Below, one piece after another: positions 29,942 to 39,528 of a DNA stretch of 53,108 bases (positions within the stretch are counted from its first letter, which is position 1; every line of letters begins with the position of its first letter). Below the pieces are notes generated by a model, which had not been told where the DNA came from, did no database searches, and saw only the letters and a list, made by a program, of their open reading frames with translations. The stretch lies in sequence record SRR22947727_980; one strand, 5' to 3'. A program made the position numbers and the translations under genes.

Positions 29942-30327
29942 TAATTGCTTTTCTTTCAGCAGTTGTTCTAGATAGTAATTTAGTTTGGACCGAAATACTT
30001 CAAATTTGTCTTTCCTGCCTGGCTATAGCTTCAGGACTATTTTTTGTATTGGCTGGCTCAATAGGTGTTCTTAGATTTCCAGATTTTTATACTCGATTGC
30101 ATGCTGCTGGAATGACAGATACTTTAGGAGCTGAATTAATATTAATTGGATTAATTCTTCAATCAGGGTTTACTCAAACGAGTTTAAAGCTTTTGATGAT
30201 AGGTTTCTTTTTATTATTAACAAGTCCCACTGCTACTCATGCGATAGCACATTCAGCTCATACAGCTAATCTTAAGCCCAAGCTAGGAAAGCATAGTTTT
30301 TCTAAAGTCCAGAGGGATAGATCGTGA
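29938..30327 (+). CDS. mnhG: Mrp/Mnh antiporter subunit G
   Basis: RFPDFYTRLHAAG, SPTATHAIA; ATGA overlap with the mnhF stop. Confidence 0.92.
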   Translation: MIIAFLSAVVLDSNLVWTEILQICLSCLAIASGLFFVLAGSIGVLRFPDFYTRLHAAGMTDTLGAELILIGLILQSGFTQTSLKLLMIGFFLLLTSPTATHAIAHSAHTANLKPKLGKHSFSKVQRDRS

Positions 30328-31064
30328 TGCTATTATCTTATGTTGTATCTCCAACCATAATTCTTGATGTAGCCTTAATGGGAATTTTGATAATAGTTGC
30401 TTTTTCAATAGTTAGAATGCGTAGTTTATTTGCTATAGTTATGCTTCAGGGCGTTTACTCTTTAGTTTCAGCTGCTTGGTTTGTATCTTTGGATGCAGTT
30501 GATGTTGCATTCACTGAAGCTGCAGTAGGCGCTGGGGTTTCTACTGTATTAATGTTGGCCGCAATGTTGTTGGCGAATAGAAAGTCAGACCCCGTCCCTA
30601 TTTCTAAACAAATTGCCCCTTTATTAGTCGTTCTAATTGCTGGGCTAGCGATGTTTTATGCAATTGGAGATATGCCGGCTTATGGTGATGTAAATTCACC
30701 TGCTAACACGGGTGTTGGGATGGATTATATTGAGCGAACTACCAAAGAAATTCACATCCCTAATGTTGTTACCGCTGTTTTAGCAAGTTATCGAGGTTAT
30801 GATACATTTGGAGAGGCAGTAGTTATTTTTTCTGCAGGGTTAGGTGTCCTTTTATTACTTGGTCTTAACGGAAACGCAGGCCGGTGGACAGCAAGACCTA
30901 CCGGTAGGCAGATATACCCGCCAATAGCTCCGTCTGCTAATTCACGATTGATCGCTTCACGTGATAATATTAAATTACCAATAGGTTCTATAATTGAAAA
31001 ACCTTCTTCTGTTAACTTGAGAAAGAGTAAAAATAATCGTCTTAAAGATAAAGGTAATAATTGA
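30324..31064 (+). CDS. Mrp subunit: DUF4040 plus MrpA C-terminal/MnhB-related region
   Basis: AVDVAFTEAAVGAG, NVVTAVLASYRGYDTFGE; basic C-terminal tail. Confidence 0.88.
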   Translation: MMLLSYVVSPTIILDVALMGILIIVAFSIVRMRSLFAIVMLQGVYSLVSAAWFVSLDAVDVAFTEAAVGAGVSTVLMLAAMLLANRKSDPVPISKQIAPLLVVLIAGLAMFYAIGDMPAYGDVNSPANTGVGMDYIERTTKEIHIPNVVTAVLASYRGYDTFGEAVVIFSAGLGVLLLLGLNGNAGRWTARPTGRQIYPPIAPSANSRLIASRDNIKLPIGSIIEKPSSVNLRKSKNNRLKDKGNN

Positions 31065-31504
31065 TGCACGATCCGCATGTAATTTTGAAAGTTATAAGTA
31101 AGTTTTTAGTGCCATTTATTGCATTGTTTGCTTTTTATGTTCAGTTTCATGGTGATTTCGGTCCAGGAGGAGGCTTTCAAGCTGGAGTTATACTTGCTGC
31201 TGCTGTAATATTATATGCATTAATATTTGGTCTTGATGCAGCAAAGAAAGCATTCCCGCCTAGTTGGATAAGGATAGGTATGTCATTGGGTGTTTTGCTT
31301 TATGGCGGCACTGGAGTTCTTACTTGGATTTTAGGGGGTGACTTTTTATCTTATGGAGTACTAGCCCATGATCCAACACATGGACAGCATTATGGAATAA
31401 TAGCAGTAGAGCTTGGTGTTTTATGCTCTGTGACTACTGTGATGATAGCAATTTTTTATGCATTTGGTTCGAGGCAACCTGAAGTAAATGAGGATAATTG
31501 GTAA
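31064..31504 (+). CDS. mnhB: Mrp/Mnh antiporter subunit B
   Basis: HGDFGPGGGFQAG, VELGV. Confidence 0.9.
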   Translation: MHDPHVILKVISKFLVPFIALFAFYVQFHGDFGPGGGFQAGVILAAAVILYALIFGLDAAKKAFPPSWIRIGMSLGVLLYGGTGVLTWILGGDFLSYGVLAHDPTHGQHYGIIAVELGVLCSVTTVMIAIFYAFGSRQPEVNEDNW

Positions 31505-31965
31505 TGCTTTCTACTGTACTTGATCAATATAATTATGCAGTTGTCATAATTCTGATGATGACTGGTCTTTATGTAGTTTTTGCGAGCAGAAATTTAATAA
31601 AAAAACTTGTTGGGTTGTCTATTTTCCAAACCTCTGTTTTTTTACTTTACATAACGATTGGAAAAGTATCAGGAGGACAACCTCCTATTGTGGAAAGTCA
31701 TGGCTCTGATCATGCTAATTTAGAAATTCCACTTGTTGCTTCAATCAGCGAGATTGATTCTGTAATTCAATCAAGTTCTGAAGTATTATACTCTAATCCG
31801 TTACCACATGTTTTAATTCTAACGGCAATCGTTGTAGGTGTTGCCACATTGGCAATAGGTTTGTCACTAGTAGTTCGTATACGAGAAGTTTATGGTACTA
31901 TTGAGGAAGATAAAATAGAGGAATTTGATCGAATTTACTATAAAGAAATATTGGAAGGGCAATGA
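31504..31965 (+). CDS. mnhC: Mrp/Mnh antiporter subunit C
   Basis: NLIKKLVGL, NPLPHVLILTAIVVG. Confidence 0.92.
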   Translation: MLSTVLDQYNYAVVIILMMTGLYVVFASRNLIKKLVGLSIFQTSVFLLYITIGKVSGGQPPIVESHGSDHANLEIPLVASISEIDSVIQSSSEVLYSNPLPHVLILTAIVVGVATLAIGLSLVVRIREVYGTIEEDKIEEFDRIYYKEILEGQ

Positions 31966-33500
31966 ACTTAATGTCCATATTTCCACAATGGATTATTGAA
32001 CAAGGTCCTGCTTTTTTAATTGTCCTTCCACTAATAATGGGTGCAATCACGGCGGTAATACCAAATAAAGGTATGGCATGGTGGGTAACATTTTTCGTAA
32101 CAATAATTTGTACATATACTGCTTTTAGTCTTTTTCAGCATGTTTATTTTGACAGCTTTTTGCTTTATACTATGGGTGGATGGAATCCCCCTCACGGAAT
32201 ATCACTAATTGTTGATGGCTTAAGTGCTCCAATTTTACTTCTGATCTCTGTGATGGCAGTATTAACTGTTATTTATGCTTTACCTGCCTCAATTTCAGAA
32301 ATTGAGCCAAAAAAGAGAGCCCCTTTTTACGCAGCTTTCTTGATATGCTTTGCAGGTTTAATGGGAATGGTAATCACTGGTGATGCTTTTAATGTTTTCG
32401 TTTTTCTTGAAGTAAGTTCTATTAGCACTTATGCTCTTGTAGCGATGGGTGCCGCGCGTGACAGGCGTTCTTTAGCAGCAGCTTATAATTACCTTATAAT
32501 GGGTTCTATTGGTGCTACATTCTTTGTTATTGGGCTGGGTTTTCTGTTTATGGAAACAGGAACCTTAAATATGGCCGAGATGTCAGATATTTTATCTGAG
32601 CTTGATGGTGGCTCTCGTGTATCTAAAGTTGGCTATGGATTTATAATAGTAGGCTTGGGGCTTAAGATTGCAATGTTCCCGCTTCATACTTGGTTACCGC
32701 GTGCTTATGCATATGCTCCAACAAAAATTACAATTTTCCTGGCTTCGACAGCTACTAAAGCGGCTATTTATTTGTTACTCAGATTTACATTTACAGTATT
32801 TGATCCAAGTTTTGATTACATTGCTATTATGCTTAAGTACTTAATTATGGGTGTTGCTATTGTGGGAATGGCCTTCGCATCGTTTCAAGCTATTTTTCAA
32901 AGTGATGTACGCAGAGTATTAGCCTATTCATCAGTTGCACAAGTGGGTTATATTTTGCTTGGTATTGGTATTGCCACATCCTCTGGCTTAGCAGCGGGCT
33001 ATTTACACTTGCTTAACCACGCAGTTATCAAGGGCTGCTTATTTATATCAGTTGGTGCTTTTTGGTATCGTTTTGGCATTACTCGTGTAAATGATTTTTC
33101 TGGTTTATTTAAGACAATGCCTTTAACTATGGGAGCATTTACTCTGGGTGGTTTGTCATTAATAGGCGTTCCATTTACAGCTGGTTTTGTGTCAAAAGTT
33201 AAATTAATTCTAGCTGCTGCCGAACAAGATATGTGGTGGGCTGTATTGGTTATCGTATTTAGTTCAGTTTTAGCTATTGTTTATATAGGTAGAATAATTT
33301 TATTTGCTTATTTTGGAACTCCACCAAAAATTAATGGTAGTATTTTAGTTAAAAATGAGGCGCCCTTAATGATGCTCTTTCCAATGTGGACTCTAGGATT
33401 AATGTCGATTGCTATCGGTGTAAATGCATTTGGAATAGGAGATAGTTTCGTTTCTGCCTCAGAGATTGCTGCATCAGTATTGCTTGGAGAAAGAGGTTAG
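31962..33500 (+). CDS. mnhD: Mrp/Mnh antiporter subunit D (antiporter-like subunit 1)
   Basis: DAFNVFVFLE, LKIAMFPLHTWLP, TKAA, LAYSSVAQVGY, GFVSK. Confidence 0.9.
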   Translation: MNLMSIFPQWIIEQGPAFLIVLPLIMGAITAVIPNKGMAWWVTFFVTIICTYTAFSLFQHVYFDSFLLYTMGGWNPPHGISLIVDGLSAPILLLISVMAVLTVIYALPASISEIEPKKRAPFYAAFLICFAGLMGMVITGDAFNVFVFLEVSSISTYALVAMGAARDRRSLAAAYNYLIMGSIGATFFVIGLGFLFMETGTLNMAEMSDILSELDGGSRVSKVGYGFIIVGLGLKIAMFPLHTWLPRAYAYAPTKITIFLASTATKAAIYLLLRFTFTVFDPSFDYIAIMLKYLIMGVAIVGMAFASFQAIFQSDVRRVLAYSSVAQVGYILLGIGIATSSGLAAGYLHLLNHAVIKGCLFISVGAFWYRFGITRVNDFSGLFKTMPLTMGAFTLGGLSLIGVPFTAGFVSKVKLILAAAEQDMWWAVLVIVFSSVLAIVYIGRIILFAYFGTPPKINGSILVKNEAPLMMLFPMWTLGLMSIAIGVNAFGIGDSFVSASEIAASVLLGERG

Positions 33501-33501
33501 C

Positions 33502-34986
33502 ATGGAGTTTACTAATGAATTGGCATTGCTTCTACTTTTGTTAATTCCACTCATTGCTGGTGTATTAATACCTTTCTTTTCTGATCGTCCTAATTTCAGA
33601 GAGGCGATTACATTTTTAGCAGGCATACTGCTACTATTTGATGTAATATATTTATTAAGTGTTATTAGCTCAGGGGTAAAACCAGAATTGCATTTGTTCA
33701 CATTTGCTGGCAACTTTGATATTAGGCTAGAGCTAGAACCATTAGGAGCAATCTTTGCAGCAATTGCAAGTTCATTATGGATTATAAACTCTGTATTTAC
33801 TTTAGGTTATATGCGGGGAAATAAAGAAAAAAACCAAACACGATTTTTTGCATTAGTCGCAATTGCTATTTTTGGTACTATGGGGATAGCAGCTTCTGCT
33901 AACTTAATAACATTATTTATATTTTATGAAGCTTTAACAATCTCAACATTTCCTTTGGTTACTCACAAGGGTGATGCGAAAGCAAAGCGTGGAGGTACAA
34001 TATATGCTTTAGCTTTAATGGGATCATCATTAATGTTTTTACTTCCTGCAATACTTGGTACACATATAGTGGCGGGGCATTCGGACTTTACTATTGGTGG
34101 AATTTTTCCGACAGGTACAAGTATCTTCACTACATCTATTTTACTTTTATTATTTGTTTTTGGTATTGGTAAGGCAGCCTTAATGCCCATGCATTTTTGG
34201 TTACCTAACGCAATGGTAGCTCCTACCCCAGTTTCAGCACTTTTACACGCTGTAGCAGTTGTAAAGGCAGGTGTTTTTTCTGTCTTAAAAGTAATCATAT
34301 TTATCTTCGGCGAGTCTGTAATGGCTGATATGAATATGAGCACTTGCCTATCTTGGGTGGCAGCCATAACAATTGTGCTTGCTTCAATTATTGCCTTAAG
34401 AAAAGATAATTTAAAAGCGAGGTTGGCTTATTCAACAGTTTCACAACTCGCATATATTACATTTGGAGCGATGCTAGCCACGCCAGCTGCATTTATAGGT
34501 GGTGCGTTACAAATTATAATGCATGCTTGGGGTAAAATTACCCTATTTATGTGTGCTGGTGCAATTTATACTATCTCACATAGAACAGAAATATCTAAGT
34601 TGGATGGTCTAGGTAGAACCATGCCTTGGGTCTTCGGGGCTTTTCTAGTAGGCTCTATCTCAATTATAGGAATACCACCTATGGGCGGATCTTGGCCAAA
34701 ATACTTTTTGATTGTAGGAGCAATTGAGAGTGGTAAGGGTATTTTGACTGCTGCACTTGTATTGTCATCTATTCTAAATATTGTTTATCTAATCCCGATT
34801 TCTATCAGAGCTTTTATGAAGCCACCTAAAGATATTTCAATAGATAATAGCTTAATAGAAGTACGAAAGAAAAATATTTGGGTAATAGTTCCGCCAGTGA
34901 TCTCAGCTTCTGGAGCTTTCATTTTATTCTTTTATGTTGGAAGTATTGTTGACTTCTTGCAGCCTGTAATTTCAGTAGGTGAATAG
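33502..34986 (+). CDS. Mrp antiporter-like subunit 2 (MrpA-type core)
   Basis: FYEAL, GKAALMPMHFWLP, PTPVSALLHA (MrpA/NuoL-type His), LAYSTVSQL; ATG 33502 after SD GAGG. Confidence 0.88.
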   Translation: MEFTNELALLLLLLIPLIAGVLIPFFSDRPNFREAITFLAGILLLFDVIYLLSVISSGVKPELHLFTFAGNFDIRLELEPLGAIFAAIASSLWIINSVFTLGYMRGNKEKNQTRFFALVAIAIFGTMGIAASANLITLFIFYEALTISTFPLVTHKGDAKAKRGGTIYALALMGSSLMFLLPAILGTHIVAGHSDFTIGGIFPTGTSIFTTSILLLLFVFGIGKAALMPMHFWLPNAMVAPTPVSALLHAVAVVKAGVFSVLKVIIFIFGESVMADMNMSTCLSWVAAITIVLASIIALRKDNLKARLAYSTVSQLAYITFGAMLATPAAFIGGALQIIMHAWGKITLFMCAGAIYTISHRTEISKLDGLGRTMPWVFGAFLVGSISIIGIPPMGGSWPKYFLIVGAIESGKGILTAALVLSSILNIVYLIPISIRAFMKPPKDISIDNSLIEVRKKNIWVIVPPVISASGAFILFFYVGSIVDFLQPVISVGE

Positions 34987-34988
34987 TT

Positions 34989-35354
34989 ATGAGTTTAATT
35001 AAAAAATCAAGTCAGCAAGTCAAGCCTTTTGACAAAGAACGAGATATTCACCCTTTTGCTATTCCTTTTCTTTGGTTGGGAAATAAGAAGGTAATAAACA
35101 ACTTTATATGGATACCGTTTTCCGGCTTAATATTAATGATTTTAATCGGTCTTTTATATCCACAAAAACACCCTGCCCCTTGGGATGTAATACCAGGTTC
35201 TTGGGCTTTGATAGGATTTTTTTCTTATTGTTTAATAGTTTTATGTGCGAAACCCCTTACCTCGCTTTTGGCTCAGCCGGAGGATTATTATGGCGAAGGA
35301 GGGCTATTGGACCCTGAATTTTCTGTAGAAAATATGGTAGATGAAAATGATTGA
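34989..35354 (+). CDS. Small two-TM hypothetical protein embedded in the Mrp operon
   Basis: 2 nt after the previous stop and overlapping the next start; two hydrophobic segments. Confidence 0.72.
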   Translation: MSLIKKSSQQVKPFDKERDIHPFAIPFLWLGNKKVINNFIWIPFSGLILMILIGLLYPQKHPAPWDVIPGSWALIGFFSYCLIVLCAKPLTSLLAQPEDYYGEGGLLDPEFSVENMVDEND

Positions 35355-37098
35355 TTTTTTACAAATTAATCCAGGGGTTTGGCTTATACTATCAGGTCTT
35401 ATCTGTACAATAATTCCTCACACCCCTTTCACTCAACTATACCGTAAGTGCTTAGTTGTTTGTGCACCTATATTTACCGCCTTTATGATAACCCAAATTT
35501 TTACTTCCGACATTGCTATAGGGGGTTTGATATCGATTGCGGGTATTGAATTGACAACCTTACGAATTGATAATTTATCAATGGTATGGGGTTATCTGTT
35601 TTGTTTAATTGGTGTACTTAATGGCATATATGGATTGCATGAAAAATGTAAAATTACTGATAGTGCTGCTTTAATTTATTCAGGCGCTGCAGTTGCAGGA
35701 GTTCTCTCAGGCGACCTTTTAACTTTATTTCTTTTTTGGGAGTTAACTGCTATTTCATCCGTTTTTTTGGTATGGCGTGGCGGAGAGCATGCATATGCAG
35801 CTGGAGTAAGGTATCTAGCTTTACATGTATTATCTGGTGTTATTTTATTAATAGGTGCAGTTATTCATGCGAAGTTTAATGGTGGGAGTTATGCCTTTAA
35901 CCACATTGGCTTACAAAACCTTGGCGGTTGGCTTATATTACTCGCCATTGGTATTAAATGCGGTTTTCCTTTTCTACACATGTGGATGCAAGATGCATAC
36001 CCTAAGGCTTCAATTACGGGCACAGTAATTTTATCTGCATTTACCACTAAAATGGCAATCTACACATTAGCTCGAGGGTATGTTGGAACCGATATTTTAA
36101 TATACATTGGGGCAGTGATGACTTGTTTCCCTGTGTTTTTTGCATTGGTTGAAAATGATCTAAGAAGAGTATTATCTTTCTCGTTAAATAATCAATTGGG
36201 CTTTATGGTTTGTGGTATTGGTATAGGTACTGAATTGGCAATTAATGGGGTTGTGGGGCAAGTTTTTGTTCATGTAATATTTAAAAGTTTGTTATTTATG
36301 TCTATCGGTGCGGTTATCTATCGCGTTGGAACTGCGAAAGCCTCCGAATTAGGAGGTTTGTTTCGTTCAATGCCTATAACTGCATTGTTTTGTTTAATTG
36401 GTGCTGGTTCAATAGCCGCCTTCCCTTTGTTGGCAGCTTTTGTTACAAAGGCTATGATTATAAGTTCTGTTATTTATGAGGCACATCATAATTCAGTTTT
36501 ATATCTGATAGCAGCAATGTTACTTTTTGCATCAGCTGGTGTTATGGAGCATTCGGGAATAAAAGTTCCTTATTTTACATTTTTTAGCCATGATAGTGGA
36601 CGCCGTGTTAAAGAAGCTCCATGGAATATGTTAGTAGCTATGGGACTCGCAGCTTCATTATGTATATTTTTAGCTTTTCCTTGGGGGGGTTACCAAATGT
36701 TATATAACCTACTTCCTTATGAGGCTAACTACAAGCCATATACTGTAGATCATGTAGTCTTCCAACTACAATTATTATTTGCAGCAATCACAGCATTTTG
36801 TCTTCTAAAGAAATCAGGCCTATATCCAGCAGAAAAACGATCAGAAATTTTAGACTTTGACTGGTTCTATAGAAAATGCGGATTTGATCTGCTTAAGTCG
36901 ATAAACTTAGGGTGGAATACTCTTGATGCGAAAATGTCAAATATCACCCGAAGTGCATATGGCTCGGTGAATAAGTGTTTGTATGGAGTATTTAGTCCTA
37001 TTGGTAGTTTTAGCAAAGCAGCCCCAAGCGGATTGGCTTCTGTTATGACTGCAGCTATGCTCATATTGGTGCTTATTATTGTATATTTTGTAAGATAA
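35341..37098 (+). CDS. Mrp antiporter-like subunit 3 (MnhD family)
   Basis: FWEL, IKCGFPFLHMWMQDAYP, SAFTTK, AFVTK. Confidence 0.88.
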   Translation: MKMIDFLQINPGVWLILSGLICTIIPHTPFTQLYRKCLVVCAPIFTAFMITQIFTSDIAIGGLISIAGIELTTLRIDNLSMVWGYLFCLIGVLNGIYGLHEKCKITDSAALIYSGAAVAGVLSGDLLTLFLFWELTAISSVFLVWRGGEHAYAAGVRYLALHVLSGVILLIGAVIHAKFNGGSYAFNHIGLQNLGGWLILLAIGIKCGFPFLHMWMQDAYPKASITGTVILSAFTTKMAIYTLARGYVGTDILIYIGAVMTCFPVFFALVENDLRRVLSFSLNNQLGFMVCGIGIGTELAINGVVGQVFVHVIFKSLLFMSIGAVIYRVGTAKASELGGLFRSMPITALFCLIGAGSIAAFPLLAAFVTKAMIISSVIYEAHHNSVLYLIAAMLLFASAGVMEHSGIKVPYFTFFSHDSGRRVKEAPWNMLVAMGLAASLCIFLAFPWGGYQMLYNLLPYEANYKPYTVDHVVFQLQLLFAAITAFCLLKKSGLYPAEKRSEILDFDWFYRKCGFDLLKSINLGWNTLDAKMSNITRSAYGSVNKCLYGVFSPIGSFSKAAPSGLASVMTAAMLILVLIIVYFVR

Positions 37099-37154
37099 AT
37101 ATTTTTACTTATCCTATTCTTTAAATTGAATCGGTTCCGTAATAAAAAATAAGG

Positions 37155-37170
37155 TTAATTCCTTATTAAC
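37155..37170 (+). promoter_or_regulatory. CtrA binding box
   Basis: TTAA-TTCCTTA-TTAAC, exact TTAA-N7-TTAAC on both strands, within AAGGTTAA-N7-TTAACCTT; about 95 nt upstream of the PAS gene. Confidence 0.65.
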
Positions 37171-37264
37171 CTTTAAATCAATCAAACAATAGCTTGCCAC
37201 ACTAATATCCCTGATTCACTTATAGTTAAAGTTATTAAACTTTTATTTTAAATGTTTATAGGGG

Positions 37265-37777
37265 TTGAAAGTGCTTTCTGATAATAATGTTCTTCAGCAA
37301 ATGGTTTTGCCAGAGCAGCAAAGCTTTTATAATTATTGGTTGAGTAAATGTGATGGAGAATTTTTTCCTTCAAGGCAAGATATTTTCCCGAGTGATATCT
37401 CTAAGCAGCTTCCAATGACTAGTATTATCAATGTGGAGAACAGAGAAGTTAGAAGATTCAAGTATAGACTTGCTGGAACCGGTTTTTGGAAATTATATAA
37501 AAGTGAGATACAAGGAAAATTTATAGATGAGCTACCTATTGGTGATCGTTCAGATTATTGGAATCGAGTGCTTGGACAAGTGGTTGATAAACGTAAACCT
37601 TATGCTGGTGTAACTCAACCTGGAACAAAGAATTCATCAAACTATGCTTTATTTTGGGTAAGATTACCTATTTCTGACAACAAAAAAGATGTTAATCTCA
37701 TATTGGGTTACGATCATTTAGTAAAAATTTCTGAAGTAGAGCAAGATCAATCAAAATCAGGTTTAATGTCCGCTTAA
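37265..37777 (+). CDS. Single-domain PAS (PAS_5-type) protein, MopJ-like
   Basis: YW.......PSRQDI.P, FKYRLAGT, EIQGK, VRLP, ILGYD pattern; TTG start uncertain. Confidence 0.75.
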   Translation: MKVLSDNNVLQQMVLPEQQSFYNYWLSKCDGEFFPSRQDIFPSDISKQLPMTSIINVENREVRRFKYRLAGTGFWKLYKSEIQGKFIDELPIGDRSDYWNRVLGQVVDKRKPYAGVTQPGTKNSSNYALFWVRLPISDNKKDVNLILGYDHLVKISEVEQDQSKSGLMSA

Positions 37778-37859
37778 AAACAATGCTTGTTTTCAAATAG
37801 TGACAAAAGATAATTTAGTTGCCTCTTGTTATGCATATTTTTATTCTTAAATTATATTA

Positions 37860-38741
37860 ATGGCTAAAGACCCTTATAAATTATTGAATGTACCAAAGAC
37901 GGCTAATGATACAGAGATTCAAAAAGCTTACAGGTCATTAGCTAAAAAATATCACCCTGATGTAAATAAAGATAAGCCACAAATGGCTGAGAAATTCAAA
38001 GAAATTTCTGCTGCTTATTCTTTATTATCCGATAAAGAGATGAGAAGTAATTACGATAAAGGCCAAATTGATGGCTCTGGACAACAAAAAAGTCCCTTTG
38101 GGCACGGAAGGAGTGGATATAGTTCTGGGTTCTCTAGCATGGGAGGGCAGGATGATATGGCAAATATGTTCTCATCTTTATTTGGAATGAATATGAGTAA
38201 CATGCGTGGTGGTATGCAACAAAGATACCAGCCACCTCAAAAAGGAGCAGATCTAAGATATAAAATTAATATTTCTTTCATTGATGCTTTAAAGGGTGGA
38301 TCTAAAAAACTATCATCCGGCTTAATCGTTAAAATACCTAAGGGTGTTGAAAACGGTCAGGTGTTGAGAGTAAAAAATAAGGGAAAACCAGGGGTTAACG
38401 GAGGTCCCAGTGGGGATGTCAAAGTTGAGATTTCTGTAGCTTCACATAAAAACTTAAAAAGAAACGGTAAGAAATTACTTCTCAATCTACCTATCTCTCT
38501 TGAAGAGGCTCTCTTCGGTTGTAAAATTTCCTTATCTTTGCCAAGTGGTGAAGTTGAGTTTAAAATACCTGAAGGTTCAAATACTGGGCAAAAAATGCGA
38601 TTAAATGGTAAGGGTGTAAATGGAGGTGATTTAATAATTACTCTCAAGATAACTTTGTCTGATGAAGAGATTAATGATTTAAAGAAATGGTCAGGGCTAA
38701 AAAATAATTTAGATTATAAATACCGCAAGGGACTTATCTAG
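37860..38741 (+). CDS. Class B DnaJ / CbpA-like co-chaperone
   Basis: J domain with HPD, G/F/M-rich linker, C-terminal domains (KIPKGV, KIPEGSNTG), no CxxCxGxG zinc finger. Confidence 0.88.
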   Translation: MAKDPYKLLNVPKTANDTEIQKAYRSLAKKYHPDVNKDKPQMAEKFKEISAAYSLLSDKEMRSNYDKGQIDGSGQQKSPFGHGRSGYSSGFSSMGGQDDMANMFSSLFGMNMSNMRGGMQQRYQPPQKGADLRYKINISFIDALKGGSKKLSSGLIVKIPKGVENGQVLRVKNKGKPGVNGGPSGDVKVEISVASHKNLKRNGKKLLLNLPISLEEALFGCKISLSLPSGEVEFKIPEGSNTGQKMRLNGKGVNGGDLIITLKITLSDEEINDLKKWSGLKNNLDYKYRKGLI

Positions 38742-38797
38742 GAATATTTTTTATTTGAAGCGTTATTGAAGTTATTATTTAAATTTTTAGGTAAAAT

Positions 38798-39439
38798 ATG
38801 AATAGCGAAAATATTATTCATACTGAAGTGAGAAAGATCAAGGCAGCTAAATTAATTTCTCCTTCCGTTGAAAGAAATAAGATACCTATTGGTAATGCTT
38901 TAAATCTTTTTTTTCAAAAGAGAGCCAATATTTTTGAGGTAGCATCAGGAACTGGCGAGCATGCTGTACATTTGTGTAGTTTAAGGCCTGATATCTATTG
39001 GCAGCCTTCTGATCCTGACAGTGAAAGTAGAAAAAGCCAGGATGAATGGTCTCATAACTACAGAAATCAAATTAGTTTATCTTTAAATATAAGCACATTA
39101 GAGGTAAATTGGGCTGACCGTTTGAATGTATATGATATCGTGTTCTGTGCGAATATGATTCATATTGCTCCATGGACCGCAACAACCGGACTCATAAAGG
39201 GGAGTTATAAAATTTTGCCACGATTTGGCATGCTTATTTTGTATGGCCCATTTTTAGATGGAAAAAATTCGGCAATTTCAAACATTGAGTTTGATAAGAG
39301 GTTAAAAAACCAGAACTCTTGTTGGGGTGTTAGGGAGGTAAATGATATAAGTAATATTTGTAATGTTTCCGGTTTTAAACTTTTTAAAAATATAAATATG
39401 CCAAATAATAATAAAATACTAATTTTTAAAAAGTTATAA
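38798..39439 (+). CDS. DUF938 family SAM-dependent methyltransferase-like protein
   Basis: SPSVERNKIPI, EVASGTGEH, WQPSD, NMIHIAPW, YGPF, MPNNN. Confidence 0.88.
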   Translation: MNSENIIHTEVRKIKAAKLISPSVERNKIPIGNALNLFFQKRANIFEVASGTGEHAVHLCSLRPDIYWQPSDPDSESRKSQDEWSHNYRNQISLSLNISTLEVNWADRLNVYDIVFCANMIHIAPWTATTGLIKGSYKILPRFGMLILYGPFLDGKNSAISNIEFDKRLKNQNSCWGVREVNDISNICNVSGFKLFKNINMPNNNKILIFKKL

Positions 39440-39528
39440 TCACAATAAATATTACATTTTTGTAATATTTTCGTCATAACTTGGTTATAATCATATTATC
39501 ATACTGGCTTTAATTAAGGAGGTTTTTT

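Noticed and set aside
29141-37098. Membrane-bound hydrogenase or complex I operon
   Set aside because: No hydrogenase, Fe-S or NuoB/C/D/H-like subunits are adjacent; only Mrp-type membrane subunits are present.
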